Source of the DNA: Candidatus Kuenenia stuttgartensis
GTDB taxonomy: Bacteria > Planctomycetota > Brocadiia > Brocadiales > Brocadiaceae
Direction: 5' to 3'
Assembly: GCF_900232105.1 (NCBI RefSeq)
Contig: NZ_LT934425.1
Coordinates: 3,000,001-3,032,000 of the forward strand
DNA length: 32,000 nt
The notes under the pieces: model-generated
Seen by the model: only the letters and a program-made list of their open reading frames with translations
Told to the model about the DNA's origin: nothing
Database searches by the model: none
Position numbers and translations under genes: made by a program
In this document: positions 1-7,998 of the stretch, piece by piece
Layout of the letters: every line of letters starts with the position of its first letter
Position numbering within the stretch: the stretch's first letter is position 1

Positions 1-496
1 GTATGTACTCGTAAAGTTTTATTGAAAGTTCATATTCGCCGGATTTTTCATAAGCCTCTGCCAGCAAAAATTTGCAATCGATAAAATCCCGATGGTTAAG
101 GTGGAGGAAGAAGTCCGTATCAGGGGAAGTATTTAGCAAATACTCATATTTCTCAATAGCGCTACTTGTGTACCCATTGAGAAGGTCGGAAAAAATAATA
201 CGAATTTCCATGCTGATTTTTTCTGATTTAGTGGAGGATGTTTTGGGCTTTGCGTCCCGAACGGTGTTCTGTTTGTTTTGGGAATGTTTGTGAAGCGTAT
301 CATATTGTTTGCGGGAATGAGTATCGGAAAGAGTTTTATACGCCTGAATAATAATTTTTGTTTTTGATTCCGCCCATTTTTTGTTTGAGCCATTTATATC
401 GGGATGGAATTTTTTAATCAGGGTTCTGAATGAGCGTTTTATTTCTTCAGCGCTTACTTCTTCATGCACTTCCAGGATATTGTAATAATTTACCAT
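1..496 (-). CDS. J-domain (DnaJ-like) protein. The N-terminal part is in the window and the 3' end runs off the left edge.
   Basis: Reverse-strand ATG at 496-494, with an in-frame upstream stop at 544-542. Translation is MVNYYNILEVHEEVSAEEIKRSFRTLIKKFHPDINGSNKKWAESKTKIIIQAYKTLSDTHSRKQYD, a textbook J-domain with the HPD motif. The frame stays open to position 1. It is absent from the ORF track because it has no stop inside the window. Confidence 0.8.
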   Translation of the reverse strand, partial: MVNYYNILEVHEEVSAEEIKRSFRTLIKKFHPDINGSNKKWAESKTKIIIQAYKTLSDTHSRKQYDTLHKHSQNKQNTVRDAKPKTSSTKSEKISMEIRIIFSDLLNGYTSSAIEKYEYLLNTSPDTDFFLHLNHRDFIDCKFLLAEAYEKSGEYELSIKLYEYI

Positions 497-636
497 GACA
501 AAACTACGAATTTTTAAAAATAAAATAAAATCATATGTCGTTTAAACGAATCTTGAGATGTTCGCGTAATTAAATATGATCGGAGAGACACTTTAAATAT
601 ACATTAATAACATTTTCTCTTCTAAAACAGAAGGAA

Positions 637-665
637 ATGCTAACAGCAATTTTATCAGTTGTCAA
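637..665 (-). promoter_or_regulatory. Candidate sigma70-type promoter for the J-domain gene
   Basis: The minus strand reads TTGACA (665-660), a 17-nt spacer, then TAGCAT (642-637). This lies about 140 nt upstream of the ATG at 496. Motif match only. Confidence 0.25.
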
Positions 666-689
666 CAAATTTGATTTCTTTTGAGGAAG

Positions 690-1952
690 TTATTCATACC
701 GTAGGGTTTCAACGGGATCTAGCCTTGCCGCCCTTATAGCGGGATATATGCTAAAAATCACACTGCTGAGTATTGCGATGAATATAGTAATCATAATGCT
801 TGCCGGTTTGATGACAGTAGGTATCTGGTCAAAGTAATATACTTCAGGTGGGAATGGCCTCCAGCCTGTCATATTATATAATATGCTTTCCAGCCAATTA
901 ATACGCAAGACAACGGAAAATCCTATAGCAGCTCCCACGCAGGATCCAATGCTGCCAATGAATAGTCCGTTCAATAGAAAAATGGACATAATACCTTGTG
1001 TGGTAGCTCCTAATGCTTTTAGTATGCCAATGTCTTTGGATTTTTCCAATACAATCATCGTCAGAATTGCCAATATATTAAAGCCTGCAACAACGATGAT
1101 AAAAAAGAGTATAAATGCCATTACACGCCTTTCTAGCATTACAGCGGTCAAAAATGTCCTCCTGGCATCCTCCCATGTTTGCACATAATATTCAAAGCCC
1201 AATGAAGATTGCAACTTGTCACGCACTTCATTTGCATAGCGGTAATCATGAAGTTTTACGCTTATTCCGGATACGGCGTCCCTTTCTTTTATACCCGTCA
1301 ATTCTTGTGCAGCAGCAAGAGGAATATACACATAATTCTTGTCGTAATCGTACATTCCCGATTTAAATGTTCCTTCAATAACAAATGCTTTTACACTGAT
1401 TTTGTCCCAGTTTTTTAACGTAACCAGCACTATTTGCTCGCCTTCCTGCACAAAACTTATTGGGTCTGTTTCCGGGTCACCCGGACTAACCCTCAGTAGT
1501 TCTATACCACAAAATGCGCTAGCGGTTTGGTTTTCTCCATGAGTTTTTTGTAAATCTTCAGGTTCTTTCCTGAAAGGGGATAAAAAAGCCTTAAAATCGC
1601 CAACGGTTGCCTCTTCAACGGGATTAATTCCTTTAAAATATACAAATTCCTTTCTTCCACGTATTTTTATAAGAGCAGGCCCTTCGACAAAGGGAGCACA
1701 GGAAGATACATGTTCGGTTGCTTTTACTTTCTCCATCACCTGTGTATAATTTTCAAGGCCATACATGCCTCCTTTTGTAATGATAATGTGTGTTAACGTT
1801 CCTCTTATTCTGCTACGTAATTCCTGATCGAACCCATTCATAACAGAAAGGACAACAATTAATGTCATAACGCCTACTGCAACACCGGCTACTGCAAAAA
1901 AAGAAATTTTCCTGCTGCGTAAATAACGGAGGGTAATAAAGAATTTGTACAT
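690..1952 (-). CDS. Lipoprotein-releasing system permease, LolC/LolE family (FtsX-like ABC permease with MacB-type periplasmic domain)
   Basis: 420-aa ORF. The N-terminus MYKFFITLRYLRSRK is typical of LolC/E. There is one N-terminal TM segment, a large periplasmic domain and a C-terminal FtsX-type 3-TM bundle ending ...PAIRAARLDPVETLRYE. Confidence 0.85.
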   Translation of the reverse strand: MYKFFITLRYLRSRKISFFAVAGVAVGVMTLIVVLSVMNGFDQELRSRIRGTLTHIIITKGGMYGLENYTQVMEKVKATEHVSSCAPFVEGPALIKIRGRKEFVYFKGINPVEEATVGDFKAFLSPFRKEPEDLQKTHGENQTASAFCGIELLRVSPGDPETDPISFVQEGEQIVLVTLKNWDKISVKAFVIEGTFKSGMYDYDKNYVYIPLAAAQELTGIKERDAVSGISVKLHDYRYANEVRDKLQSSLGFEYYVQTWEDARRTFLTAVMLERRVMAFILFFIIVVAGFNILAILTMIVLEKSKDIGILKALGATTQGIMSIFLLNGLFIGSIGSCVGAAIGFSVVLRINWLESILYNMTGWRPFPPEVYYFDQIPTVIKPASIMITIFIAILSSVIFSIYPAIRAARLDPVETLRYE

Positions 1953-2065
1953 TATAACTTTGAATTCGAATTGTTATTTAAAATGATTATGTATATAATC
2001 CTGAAATTCTAGCACAATTAAATTGCATTAAGCAATTAATAATTTATCATTACCGGAGGCGTTGA

Positions 2066-3211
2066 ATGTTATATTTTAAAACAGCAGGAGAATCTCATGG
2101 AAAATGCATGGTTTCTGTTTTGGAAGGTTTCCCGGCGGGTATTTTTCTTGATAAAGAATTGATAGATAGAGAATTAAGGCGCAGACAAGGAGGCGTTGGC
2201 AGAGGTGGAAGAATGAAAATAGAAGCAGATTGTGTGGAAATTCTTTCAGGGGTAAGAAATAATATCACGTTGGGCAGCCCTATTTGTTTAATGATAAAAA
2301 ACAGCGATTATAAGATTGATGCGCTTCCAGTTGTTACACGACCGCGCCCTGGTCATGCGGATTTGGCAGGCGTAATAAAATATGGACATAAAGATGCAAG
2401 GAATATATTGGAGCGTGCGAGCGCAAGGGAAACTGCCGCAAGGGTAGCAGTTGGCGCTGTGTGTAAAATATTGCTTTCGCATTTTGGGATAAAGGTTTTT
2501 GGTTATGTCAAAGGTATCGGAGGAATCAATTCTGAAAAACAATTAGAAGATACTATAGAGACGGCGGTCAAAATCCGTGATGATAGCGCAATATATTGCA
2601 TTGATCGTGAAATCGAAAGTAAAATTGTTGAAAAGATAAAACGGGCGGTTGAAATGAGTGACTCACTTGGCGGAATAATAGAGGTGGTGGCAAATGGTTT
2701 ACCAATCGGGATTGGGAATCATACGCAGTGGGATTTGAAATTGGATGCAAGACTTGCTTTTGCAATTATGTCTGTTCAGGCGATTAAAGCGGTTGAAATC
2801 GGTACTGGTTTTGACATTGCAAACAAATTTGGATCGGAAGCGCATGATGAAATATTTTATGGGTATCCGAAGCAAAAAAAGACATTAACCGGAGGTTTTG
2901 AAAGGAGGACAAATAATGCGGGGGGGATAGAAGGTGGGATAAGCAACGGAGAGCCTATTGTTGTGAGGGCGTATATGAAACCTATCCCAACATTAAAAAA
3001 GTCTTTAAGGTCTGTTGATTTACTGACAAAGGAACCGGTAGCCGCTTCATATGAGAGATCAGATATTTGTGCGGTTCCTGCCGCGTCTGTTGTTTGTGAA
3101 GCAATGATAGCTTTTGAAATAGCCAGGGCTTTTACGGAGAAGTTTGGAGGCGATAGCATTGGTGAAATGAAAAGAAATTACGAAAGCTATATTGAAAATA
3201 TCTTACAATAA
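2066..3211 (+). CDS. aroC: Chorismate synthase
   Basis: 381 aa. It starts MLYFKTAGESHG and contains GRSSARETAARVA-like (RASARETAARVAVGA) and GGISNGEPI motifs typical of AroC. GGAGG lies 6 nt upstream of the ATG. Confidence 0.93.
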   Translation: MLYFKTAGESHGKCMVSVLEGFPAGIFLDKELIDRELRRRQGGVGRGGRMKIEADCVEILSGVRNNITLGSPICLMIKNSDYKIDALPVVTRPRPGHADLAGVIKYGHKDARNILERASARETAARVAVGAVCKILLSHFGIKVFGYVKGIGGINSEKQLEDTIETAVKIRDDSAIYCIDREIESKIVEKIKRAVEMSDSLGGIIEVVANGLPIGIGNHTQWDLKLDARLAFAIMSVQAIKAVEIGTGFDIANKFGSEAHDEIFYGYPKQKKTLTGGFERRTNNAGGIEGGISNGEPIVVRAYMKPIPTLKKSLRSVDLLTKEPVAASYERSDICAVPAASVVCEAMIAFEIARAFTEKFGGDSIGEMKRNYESYIENILQ

Positions 3212-3572
3212 CATGTTTTTAAAAAGTCATTTAGCGTTGACTTTAAAATAGTTATCGACGAGTTCTCGTTGAAACATGGGTGTGGGAAAAGCATTGATGT
3301 TGAAACGAAGGAATCGCTGACATTGCAGATGTTTTATTGCAAAAGTGCCTTTTTGCCCCGTTGTATTTTTGCAAAGGGTTCAGGGTCGCTTGTCTTTTGT
3401 GGGCGCAAAAGTATTGAAACGTCTTAAGTTCATGTCCTGCCTGATGTATGATTTTCAAAATATTTTCTGCTGCGTTTTTTTGACAAAACTATTTATCATT
3501 TGGACATCTACCTCATTTAGTAAAAAATTATTAAAAACTTTTAAAACAAATTGGCATAAGTATAAATTTTGC

Positions 3573-3600
3573 TTGAATAATGTTAATGTTTTGATATCAT
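3573..3600 (+). promoter_or_regulatory. Candidate promoter for the tRNA-Thr/Tyr unit
   Basis: TTGAAT (3573-3578), a 16-nt spacer, then TATCAT (3595-3600) preceded by TGn (extended -10). It ends 14 nt before the tRNA-Thr 5' end. Motif match only. Confidence 0.35.
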
Positions 3601-3614
3601 CGAAATTTCGCTGT

Positions 3615-3686
3615 GCTAGCGTAGCTCAATGGCGGAGCAGCGGTTTTGTAAACCGCAGGTTGTGGGTTCGAGTCCCACCGCTAGCT
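3615..3686 (+). tRNA. tRNA-Thr (anticodon UGU)
   Basis: Hand-folded cloverleaf. Acceptor GCTAGCG/CGCTAGC, D stem GCTC/GAGC, anticodon stem GCGGT/ACCGC with loop TTTGTAA, T arm GTGGG-TTCGAGT-CCCAC. 72 nt, CCA not encoded. Confidence 0.9.
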
Positions 3687-3808
3687 TTGTAATTTATTAT
3701 TTTTTAATAACTAAAAGATTTTATTGTAATTAAGGTTATTGGACGTATAATCTGTGCCGAATGAATTTTGTTTGGAAAAACATTAAAGTAAGATGTTCGA
3801 CCGCAAAA

Positions 3809-3893
3809 GGGTGGATACCCGAGTGGCCAAAGGGGACAGACTGTAAATCTGTTGGCATAGCCTTCGGAGGTTCGAATCCTCCTCCACCCACCA
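3809..3893 (+). tRNA. tRNA-Tyr (anticodon GUA), class II with long variable arm
   Basis: Acceptor GGGTGGA/TCCACCC, anticodon loop CTGTAAA, long variable arm, T arm GGAGG-TTCGAAT-CCTCC, encoded CCA. 85 nt. Confidence 0.9.
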
Positions 3894-4272
3894 TCTTATA
3901 TTTATGTCTGAAGAAAACTAAAACAATGCCACTTACCAGAACAAAAACAGGAAAACAATTACGAGGTCTCTCTGGAACGGAAAACAAAATCTTGCTGTTT
4001 GCATTTCTCTCTTTGGTATTGAAATTTTAAATAGTGACGTAGTTTGTATGCTATATTGTAGGGGTTCACAAATAGAGATTTCTAGATTAGATTTAACTTT
4101 TGTTAACATAAATAGTTATAGCATTTCTGAAATCACATTTTGTGAACTTCTTGAGTATATTTAAAGGTGTAGCAATAGATGATTTCTGAATGACCTTCCA
4201 AAAGTTAAAAATTTTAGTCAGCAAAGTAATCACGCAATATCATTTTGAGTTTTTGCATAGTCTTAATAAATG

Positions 4273-4397
4273 TAACTATTCAGCATAAACGATACACGGC
4301 TCGTTCCCAAACCTTGTACTGAACATAGTGAAGTATCTGTTTGGGAACGAGTTGCGCTCTGATCTCCGGTAGTTTAATAAATTACGCTGAATAGTTA
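4273..4397. repeat. Nested inverted-repeat (long hairpin) element in the tRNA-Tyr/tRNA-Gly spacer
   Basis: The outer perfect 12-bp arms are TAACTATTCAGC (4273-4284) and GCTGAATAGTTA (4386-4397). The inner perfect 13-bp arms are CTCGTTCCCAAAC (4300-4312) and GTTTGGGAACGAG (4339-4351). A further 5-bp stem pairs 4316-4320 with 4332-4336. Each outer arm is preceded by the direct repeat TTAATAAAT (4263-4271 and 4374-4382). Confidence 0.7.
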
Positions 4398-4608
4398 TCG
4401 CTGAATTGTCTGCGAACCTTTTTTTATTGACGGACAGACATTTTCTTGGGGTTGTTGGGGAGGGAAACTAAAAAGAGGTTCTTCTGGAACATATTGCCAT
4501 ATTGGCTTGACAGCAAAATATTCGTTTTTTTTGAATAATATCTAGGTTTCGCAAACTATCTTGGTTTTTGATGTCTTTTGAAAAAATGTCATAAATGATG
4601 CTTTGTTT

Positions 4609-4679
4609 GCGGGCGTAGCTCAATGGTAGAGCCCTAGCCTTCCAAGCTAGTCATGTGGGTTCGATTCCCATCGCCCGCT
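4609..4679 (+). tRNA. tRNA-Gly (anticodon UCC)
   Basis: Acceptor GCGGGCG/CGCCCGC, D stem GCTC/GAGC, anticodon stem CTAGC/GCTAG with loop CTTCCAA, T arm GTGGG-TTCGATT-CCCAT. 71 nt, CCA not encoded. Confidence 0.9.
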
Positions 4680-4987
4680 TTTGAAAAATTCGTATAAAAT
4701 TTTATAATTATCGAGAAAGTCTTTCGTTCAACATGGTACGTATAATATCGTATACGTTGCATTATTAATGTATGTTGTAATTCTTCAGCGGCACTAAGTT
4801 TAATCTTGCCATGTTTAAGTATGCAAGGGTTTAAAATGTAAAAAGTTTTACTTTTGCAATATTTCCTAATCAATGTAAATCATTTCAGACGGAAGTATTT
4901 TTGCCGAACAATTTGGATGCAATTGATGTTTTGATATTACTTAATTTTGGATTGCTTAGATAATTTGTGGGTTTCGGCTTATTTTGT

Positions 4988-5015
4988 TTGACATTTATAT
5001 TTTTTTTGTTATATT
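4988..5015 (+). promoter_or_regulatory. Candidate promoter for tRNA-Thr(GGU)-tuf
   Basis: TTGACA (4988-4993), a 16-nt spacer, then TATATT (5010-5015), about 80 nt upstream of the tRNA. Motif match only. Confidence 0.35.
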
Positions 5016-5096
5016 TGATAAATTCTGGCTTTTTTGAAAAAGTATGTATAGTTTAAATATAACGGTATCTATAGTTTTGTTGAATAATGAGCAATT

Positions 5097-5171
5097 GCTG
5101 CTGTAGCTCAGTGGTGGAGCACGTCCTTGGTAAGGACGAGGTCATGGGTTCAAATCCCATCAGCAGCTCCA
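5097..5171 (+). tRNA. tRNA-Thr (anticodon GGU)
   Basis: Acceptor GCTGCTG/CAGCAGC, anticodon stem CGTCC/GGACG with loop TTGGTAA, T arm ATGGG-TTCAAAT-CCCAT, encoded CCA. 75 nt. Confidence 0.9.
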
Positions 5172-5314
5172 GATAAAATGCAGGCAGCGCTTGCGTTTGA
5201 TATGCAGTGTCGTGGTCTTTGCTAGTTTGTGGATATGTGTAGTGGGAGTTTTTAAGGAAATATATTTTGGGCAATTATATAATGGTGAAAATATTAAGAT
5301 AAAAGGGGTAGCGC

Positions 5315-6517
5315 ATGGCTAAAGAAGTATTTCAGCGAACAAAGCCGCATTTAAACATAGGTACGATAGGGCATGTGGATCATGGTAAGACAACGCTGAC
5401 GTCAGTAATAACGCATGTATTGTCGAAGCAGGGGTTGGCGAAGGATAGGCCGTTTGATTCAATTGACAAGGCTCCTGAAGAGCGCGAACGAGGTATAACG
5501 ATAGCGATATCGCATGTGGAGTATGAGACGAAGAAGAGGCATTACGCGCATGTGGACTGTCCTGGACATGCAGATTATGTAAAGAATATGATAACAGGTG
5601 CGGCGCAGATGGATGGAGCGATATTGGTTGTAAGTGCGCCGGATGGTCCGATGCCGCAGACCCGCGAGCATATATTGTTGTCAAGGCAGGTGGGAGTTCC
5701 CAGGATTGTGGTGTTCCTGAATAAGGTGGATATGTTAGAGGATCAGGAGCTGTTGGAACTTGTAGAGATGGAAATAAGGGAGCTATTGAGTAAATATGAT
5801 TTTCCTGGGGATGAGATACCTGTAGTGAAGGGTTCTGCGCTGAAGGCGGCACAGTGTGGATGTGGAGGTGCTGAATGTGCGAGTTGTGGTCCGATATTGA
5901 AACTAATGGATGCGGTGGATACTTACATCCCCGATCCTGTAAGGGAAATAGATAAGCCGTTTTTGATGTCCGTGGAAGATGTGTTTAGCATAAAAGGGCG
6001 TGGTACAGTTGGAACAGGCAGGGTTGAGAAGGGTAGAGTGAAGGTAGGAGATGAAGTAGATGTTGTTGGGATTAAGCCGGATATAAAGAAGTCTGTGGTT
6101 ACTGGTGTGGAAATGTTTAACAAAACGTTGGATGAGGGACAGGCAGGGGATAACCTGGGATTGTTGCTGCGGGGGGTGGAGAAGAATGATCTGGAGCGTG
6201 GTCAGGTGTTAGCGAAACCCGGCAGTATAACGCCGCATACTAAATACGAAGCGGAGGTGTATATATTGACTAAGGAAGAGGGAGGAAGGCATACTCCCTT
6301 TTTTAATGGATATAGACCACAGTTTTATTTTAGGACGACTGACGTGACCGGGGTGGTAACTTTGACAGGCGGTGCGGAGATGGTGATGCCTGGAGATAAC
6401 GTGAAGATCAATGTAGCATTGGTAACGCCGATAGCTATGGATGAGGGGCTGCGGTTTGCAATTCGGGAAGGTGGGAAGACAGTGGGTGCAGGTGTCGTTA
6501 CAAAAATTGTTGAATAA
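5315..6517 (+). CDS. tuf: Elongation factor Tu, copy 1 (tufB-like position downstream of the tRNA cluster)
   Basis: 400 aa. It contains [10 protein letters not shown] (P-loop), DCPGHADY and NKVD GTPase motifs and has full-length EF-Tu similarity. Confidence 0.97.
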   Translation: MAKEVFQRTKPHLNIGTIGHVDHGKTTLTSVITHVLSKQGLAKDRPFDSIDKAPEERERGITIAISHVEYETKKRHYAHVDCPGHADYVKNMITGAAQMDGAILVVSAPDGPMPQTREHILLSRQVGVPRIVVFLNKVDMLEDQELLELVEMEIRELLSKYDFPGDEIPVVKGSALKAAQCGCGGAECASCGPILKLMDAVDTYIPDPVREIDKPFLMSVEDVFSIKGRGTVGTGRVEKGRVKVGDEVDVVGIKPDIKKSVVTGVEMFNKTLDEGQAGDNLGLLLRGVEKNDLERGQVLAKPGSITPHTKYEAEVYILTKEEGGRHTPFFNGYRPQFYFRTTDVTGVVTLTGGAEMVMPGDNVKINVALVTPIAMDEGLRFAIREGGKTVGAGVVTKIVE

Positions 6518-6525
6518 ATTATAAT
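5315..6525 (+). repeat. 1,211-bp direct repeat, copy A (tuf CDS plus 8 nt)
   Basis: It aligns base-for-base with 21171-22381 at an offset of 15,856 bp. I count 11 substitutions by eye. Identity starts at the ATG and ends 8 nt after the stop codon. Confidence 0.95.
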
Positions 6526-6545
6526 GTGGTTTTGAGGGTTTGTTG

Positions 6546-6695
6546 ATGCGAGAGTATATTACCCTGGTTTGTCGTGAATGTTCCAACAGGAACTACAGAA
6601 CGCCTAAAAAGGCAAAGCAGGCGGAAAAGTTGGAATTGAAGAAATTTTGTAAGAACTGTGGAAGGCATGTGTTCCACAAAGAATATAAAAAGTAG
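6546..6695 (+). CDS. rpmG: 50S ribosomal protein L33 (Cys4 zinc-ribbon form)
   Basis: 49-aa ORF not in the track (too short). Translation is MREYITLVCRECSNRNYRTPKKAKQAEKLELKKFCKNCGRHVFHKEYKK. The CxxC...CxxC pairs, length and position between tuf and secE are classic for rpmG. GAGGG lies upstream. Confidence 0.88.
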   Translation: MREYITLVCRECSNRNYRTPKKAKQAEKLELKKFCKNCGRHVFHKEYKK

Positions 6696-6721
6696 TTTTC
6701 TGTGTGTTTGGGTGTAACTAA

Positions 6722-6798
6722 AGGTCTGTAGCTCTAATTGGTAGAGCACTGGACTCCAAATCCGGGTGTTGGGGGTTCGAATCCCTCCAGACCTGCCA
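6722..6798 (+). tRNA. tRNA-Trp (anticodon CCA)
   Basis: Acceptor AGGTCTG/CAGACCT, anticodon stem CTGGA/TCCGG with loop CTCCAAA, T arm GGGGG-TTCGAAT-CCCTC, encoded CCA. 77 nt. It sits in the conserved position upstream of secE. Confidence 0.9.
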
Positions 6799-6842
6799 TT
6801 TAATTATTTTCAATCTTAGATCAAGAGTAATAAGATAAGCTA

Positions 6843-7304
6843 ATGTCATTGTTTGTTATTCATAAGAAGGGCCAAGGATCTTATAGCAGGATAGTTGTTG
6901 GTATTGCGTTAGGGTTGCTAGCGTTGTTTGCTTCCATTTCGTTGTACAATGTCTTGATAGGATTGCCAAATATATTTGAAAATGCGAGGGTTCCCCTTGT
7001 AGATATTGAGCTTACATGGGGATTAATTTGTTCGGTTGCGCTTTTTGTTTTTCTGGGGTATCTGATTTGTATCTTGGTTGCTGGCTTTAAAACCGGGCTG
7101 AGGCCTATTGATGAAGGCGGAAAAAAAGCAGTAGAATTTTTAGTTGAAACTCAAAATGAACTTCAGAAAGTATCATGGCCTACAAGATATGAGTTGGTTG
7201 GCTCCACGATTGTTGTGATTATATCTGTGGTAATCATAGGATTTTTTATATTAGGTGTAGACTGGGTCGTCTCCTTCTTCATGGAGTATATTGGAGTACT
7301 ATAA
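6843..7304 (+). CDS. secE: Preprotein translocase subunit SecE (long, multi-TM form)
   Basis: 153 aa. The C-terminal ELQKVSWPTRYELVGSTIVVIISVVIIGFFILGVD is the conserved SecE segment, preceded by two extra hydrophobic helices. It lies immediately upstream of nusG. Confidence 0.88.
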   Translation: MSLFVIHKKGQGSYSRIVVGIALGLLALFASISLYNVLIGLPNIFENARVPLVDIELTWGLICSVALFVFLGYLICILVAGFKTGLRPIDEGGKKAVEFLVETQNELQKVSWPTRYELVGSTIVVIISVVIIGFFILGVDWVVSFFMEYIGVL

Positions 7305-7434
7305 AGCCTGTGTGCTGATTGACGTACTTTTGATGGGTTTTTCGGCGCATTTTACTCATTCCTTGATTATACGCGATGCAATCGCATTGAATTTTAGACG
7401 TGAAATTTTTAGGTTTTTATAGGTTTATAAATAG

Positions 7435-7983
7435 ATGCCAAAGGAATGGTTTGTTTTGCGTGTGCAAAGCAATAGAGAAGATAAAGTCAGGGACAATTTA
7501 GTAGAGCGTATAAGAGCACAGGGTATGGAGAGCCTGATTACAAATGTACTGGTGCCGAGTGAGAAAATTTCTGAGGTTAAGGGTGGTAAGAAGAGGGTAT
7601 CTGACCGCAAAATATATCCAGGATACATAATGGTAGAGATTGAGGTAGACGAAAAAGGTCAAATTCCAAAGGAAGTTTGGTTTACGATTCGCGAAACTTC
7701 AGGCACAGGGGAATTTATTGGCGGCCAGAGTAAGCCTGTGCCTATGACCAAATATGAGGTTGAAAAACTTCTTTCTGATCTGGATCAGAAAGAAGAAAGG
7801 CCGCGTGCAAAGATCGAATTTAATGAAGGCGAGAAGGTACGAATAAAAGAAGGACCGTTTGAGAATTATGATGGAATAGTTGAAGAGGTTTTGCCTGCGA
7901 GTGGCCGCGTTAAGGTTATGCTTACCGTGTTCGGAAGGGCAACGCCAGTTGAATTAGAATATTGGCAAGTAGAGTCAATTTAA
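7435..7983 (+). CDS. nusG: Transcription termination/antitermination factor NusG
   Basis: 182 aa. It has the NGN-domain start WFVLRVQSNRE and a C-terminal KOW motif (GEKVRIKEGPFENYDGIVEEV). Confidence 0.95.
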   Translation: MPKEWFVLRVQSNREDKVRDNLVERIRAQGMESLITNVLVPSEKISEVKGGKKRVSDRKIYPGYIMVEIEVDEKGQIPKEVWFTIRETSGTGEFIGGQSKPVPMTKYEVEKLLSDLDQKEERPRAKIEFNEGEKVRIKEGPFENYDGIVEEVLPASGRVKVMLTVFGRATPVELEYWQVESI

Positions 7984-7998
7984 AGGTAGGAGAATGTA

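Noticed and set aside
3330-3350. Hairpin GCAAAAG-TGCC-TTTTTGC downstream of aroC as an intrinsic terminator
   Set aside because: The stem is AT-rich and only about 7 bp including a G-U pair, it lies more than 100 nt past the stop codon, and it lacks a proper U-run immediately after the stem.
3252-3458. 68-aa minus-strand ORF downstream of aroC (TTG start)
   Set aside because: It has a non-ATG start with no RBS and a basic, Cys/His-scattered sequence with no motif I recognise. It could be a gene remnant, but I cannot support it as a real CDS.
3345-3692. Track ORFs overlapping tRNA genes (3345-3692 +, 3736-3987 -, 3761-4030 +, 4634-4873 -, 5053-5274 -)
   Set aside because: Each reads through a well-folding tRNA gene and has no Shine-Dalgarno sequence or recognisable protein features. 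They are artefacts of open frames in AT-rich spacer DNA.
4452-4465. G-rich tract GGGGTTGTTGGGGAGGG as a possible G-quadruplex
   Set aside because: There are only three G-runs and no fourth run within reach, so it does not meet the usual four-tract requirement.
4507-4541. Perfect TTGACA upstream of tRNA-Gly as a promoter
   Set aside because: The nearest -10-like hexamers (GAATAA, TAATAT) are 20-23 nt away, outside normal spacing, so I did not call it.
5319-5852. 177-aa antisense ORF inside tuf copy 1, with its 170-aa twin at 21196-21708 and the 70-aa ORFs at 5459-5671 and 21315-21527
   Set aside because: They lie entirely antisense to a strongly conserved EF-Tu CDS. The translation is low-complexity and Pro/Ser/His-rich with no RBS. 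Duplication of these ORFs simply follows the tuf duplication.
7305-7434. 130-nt secE-nusG gap with the small hairpin GCGAT-GCA-ATCGC (about 7374-7386) as a terminator or attenuator
   Set aside because: The stem is only 5 bp with no following U-tract, and I found no well-spaced promoter hexamers. The evidence is insufficient for a regulatory call.
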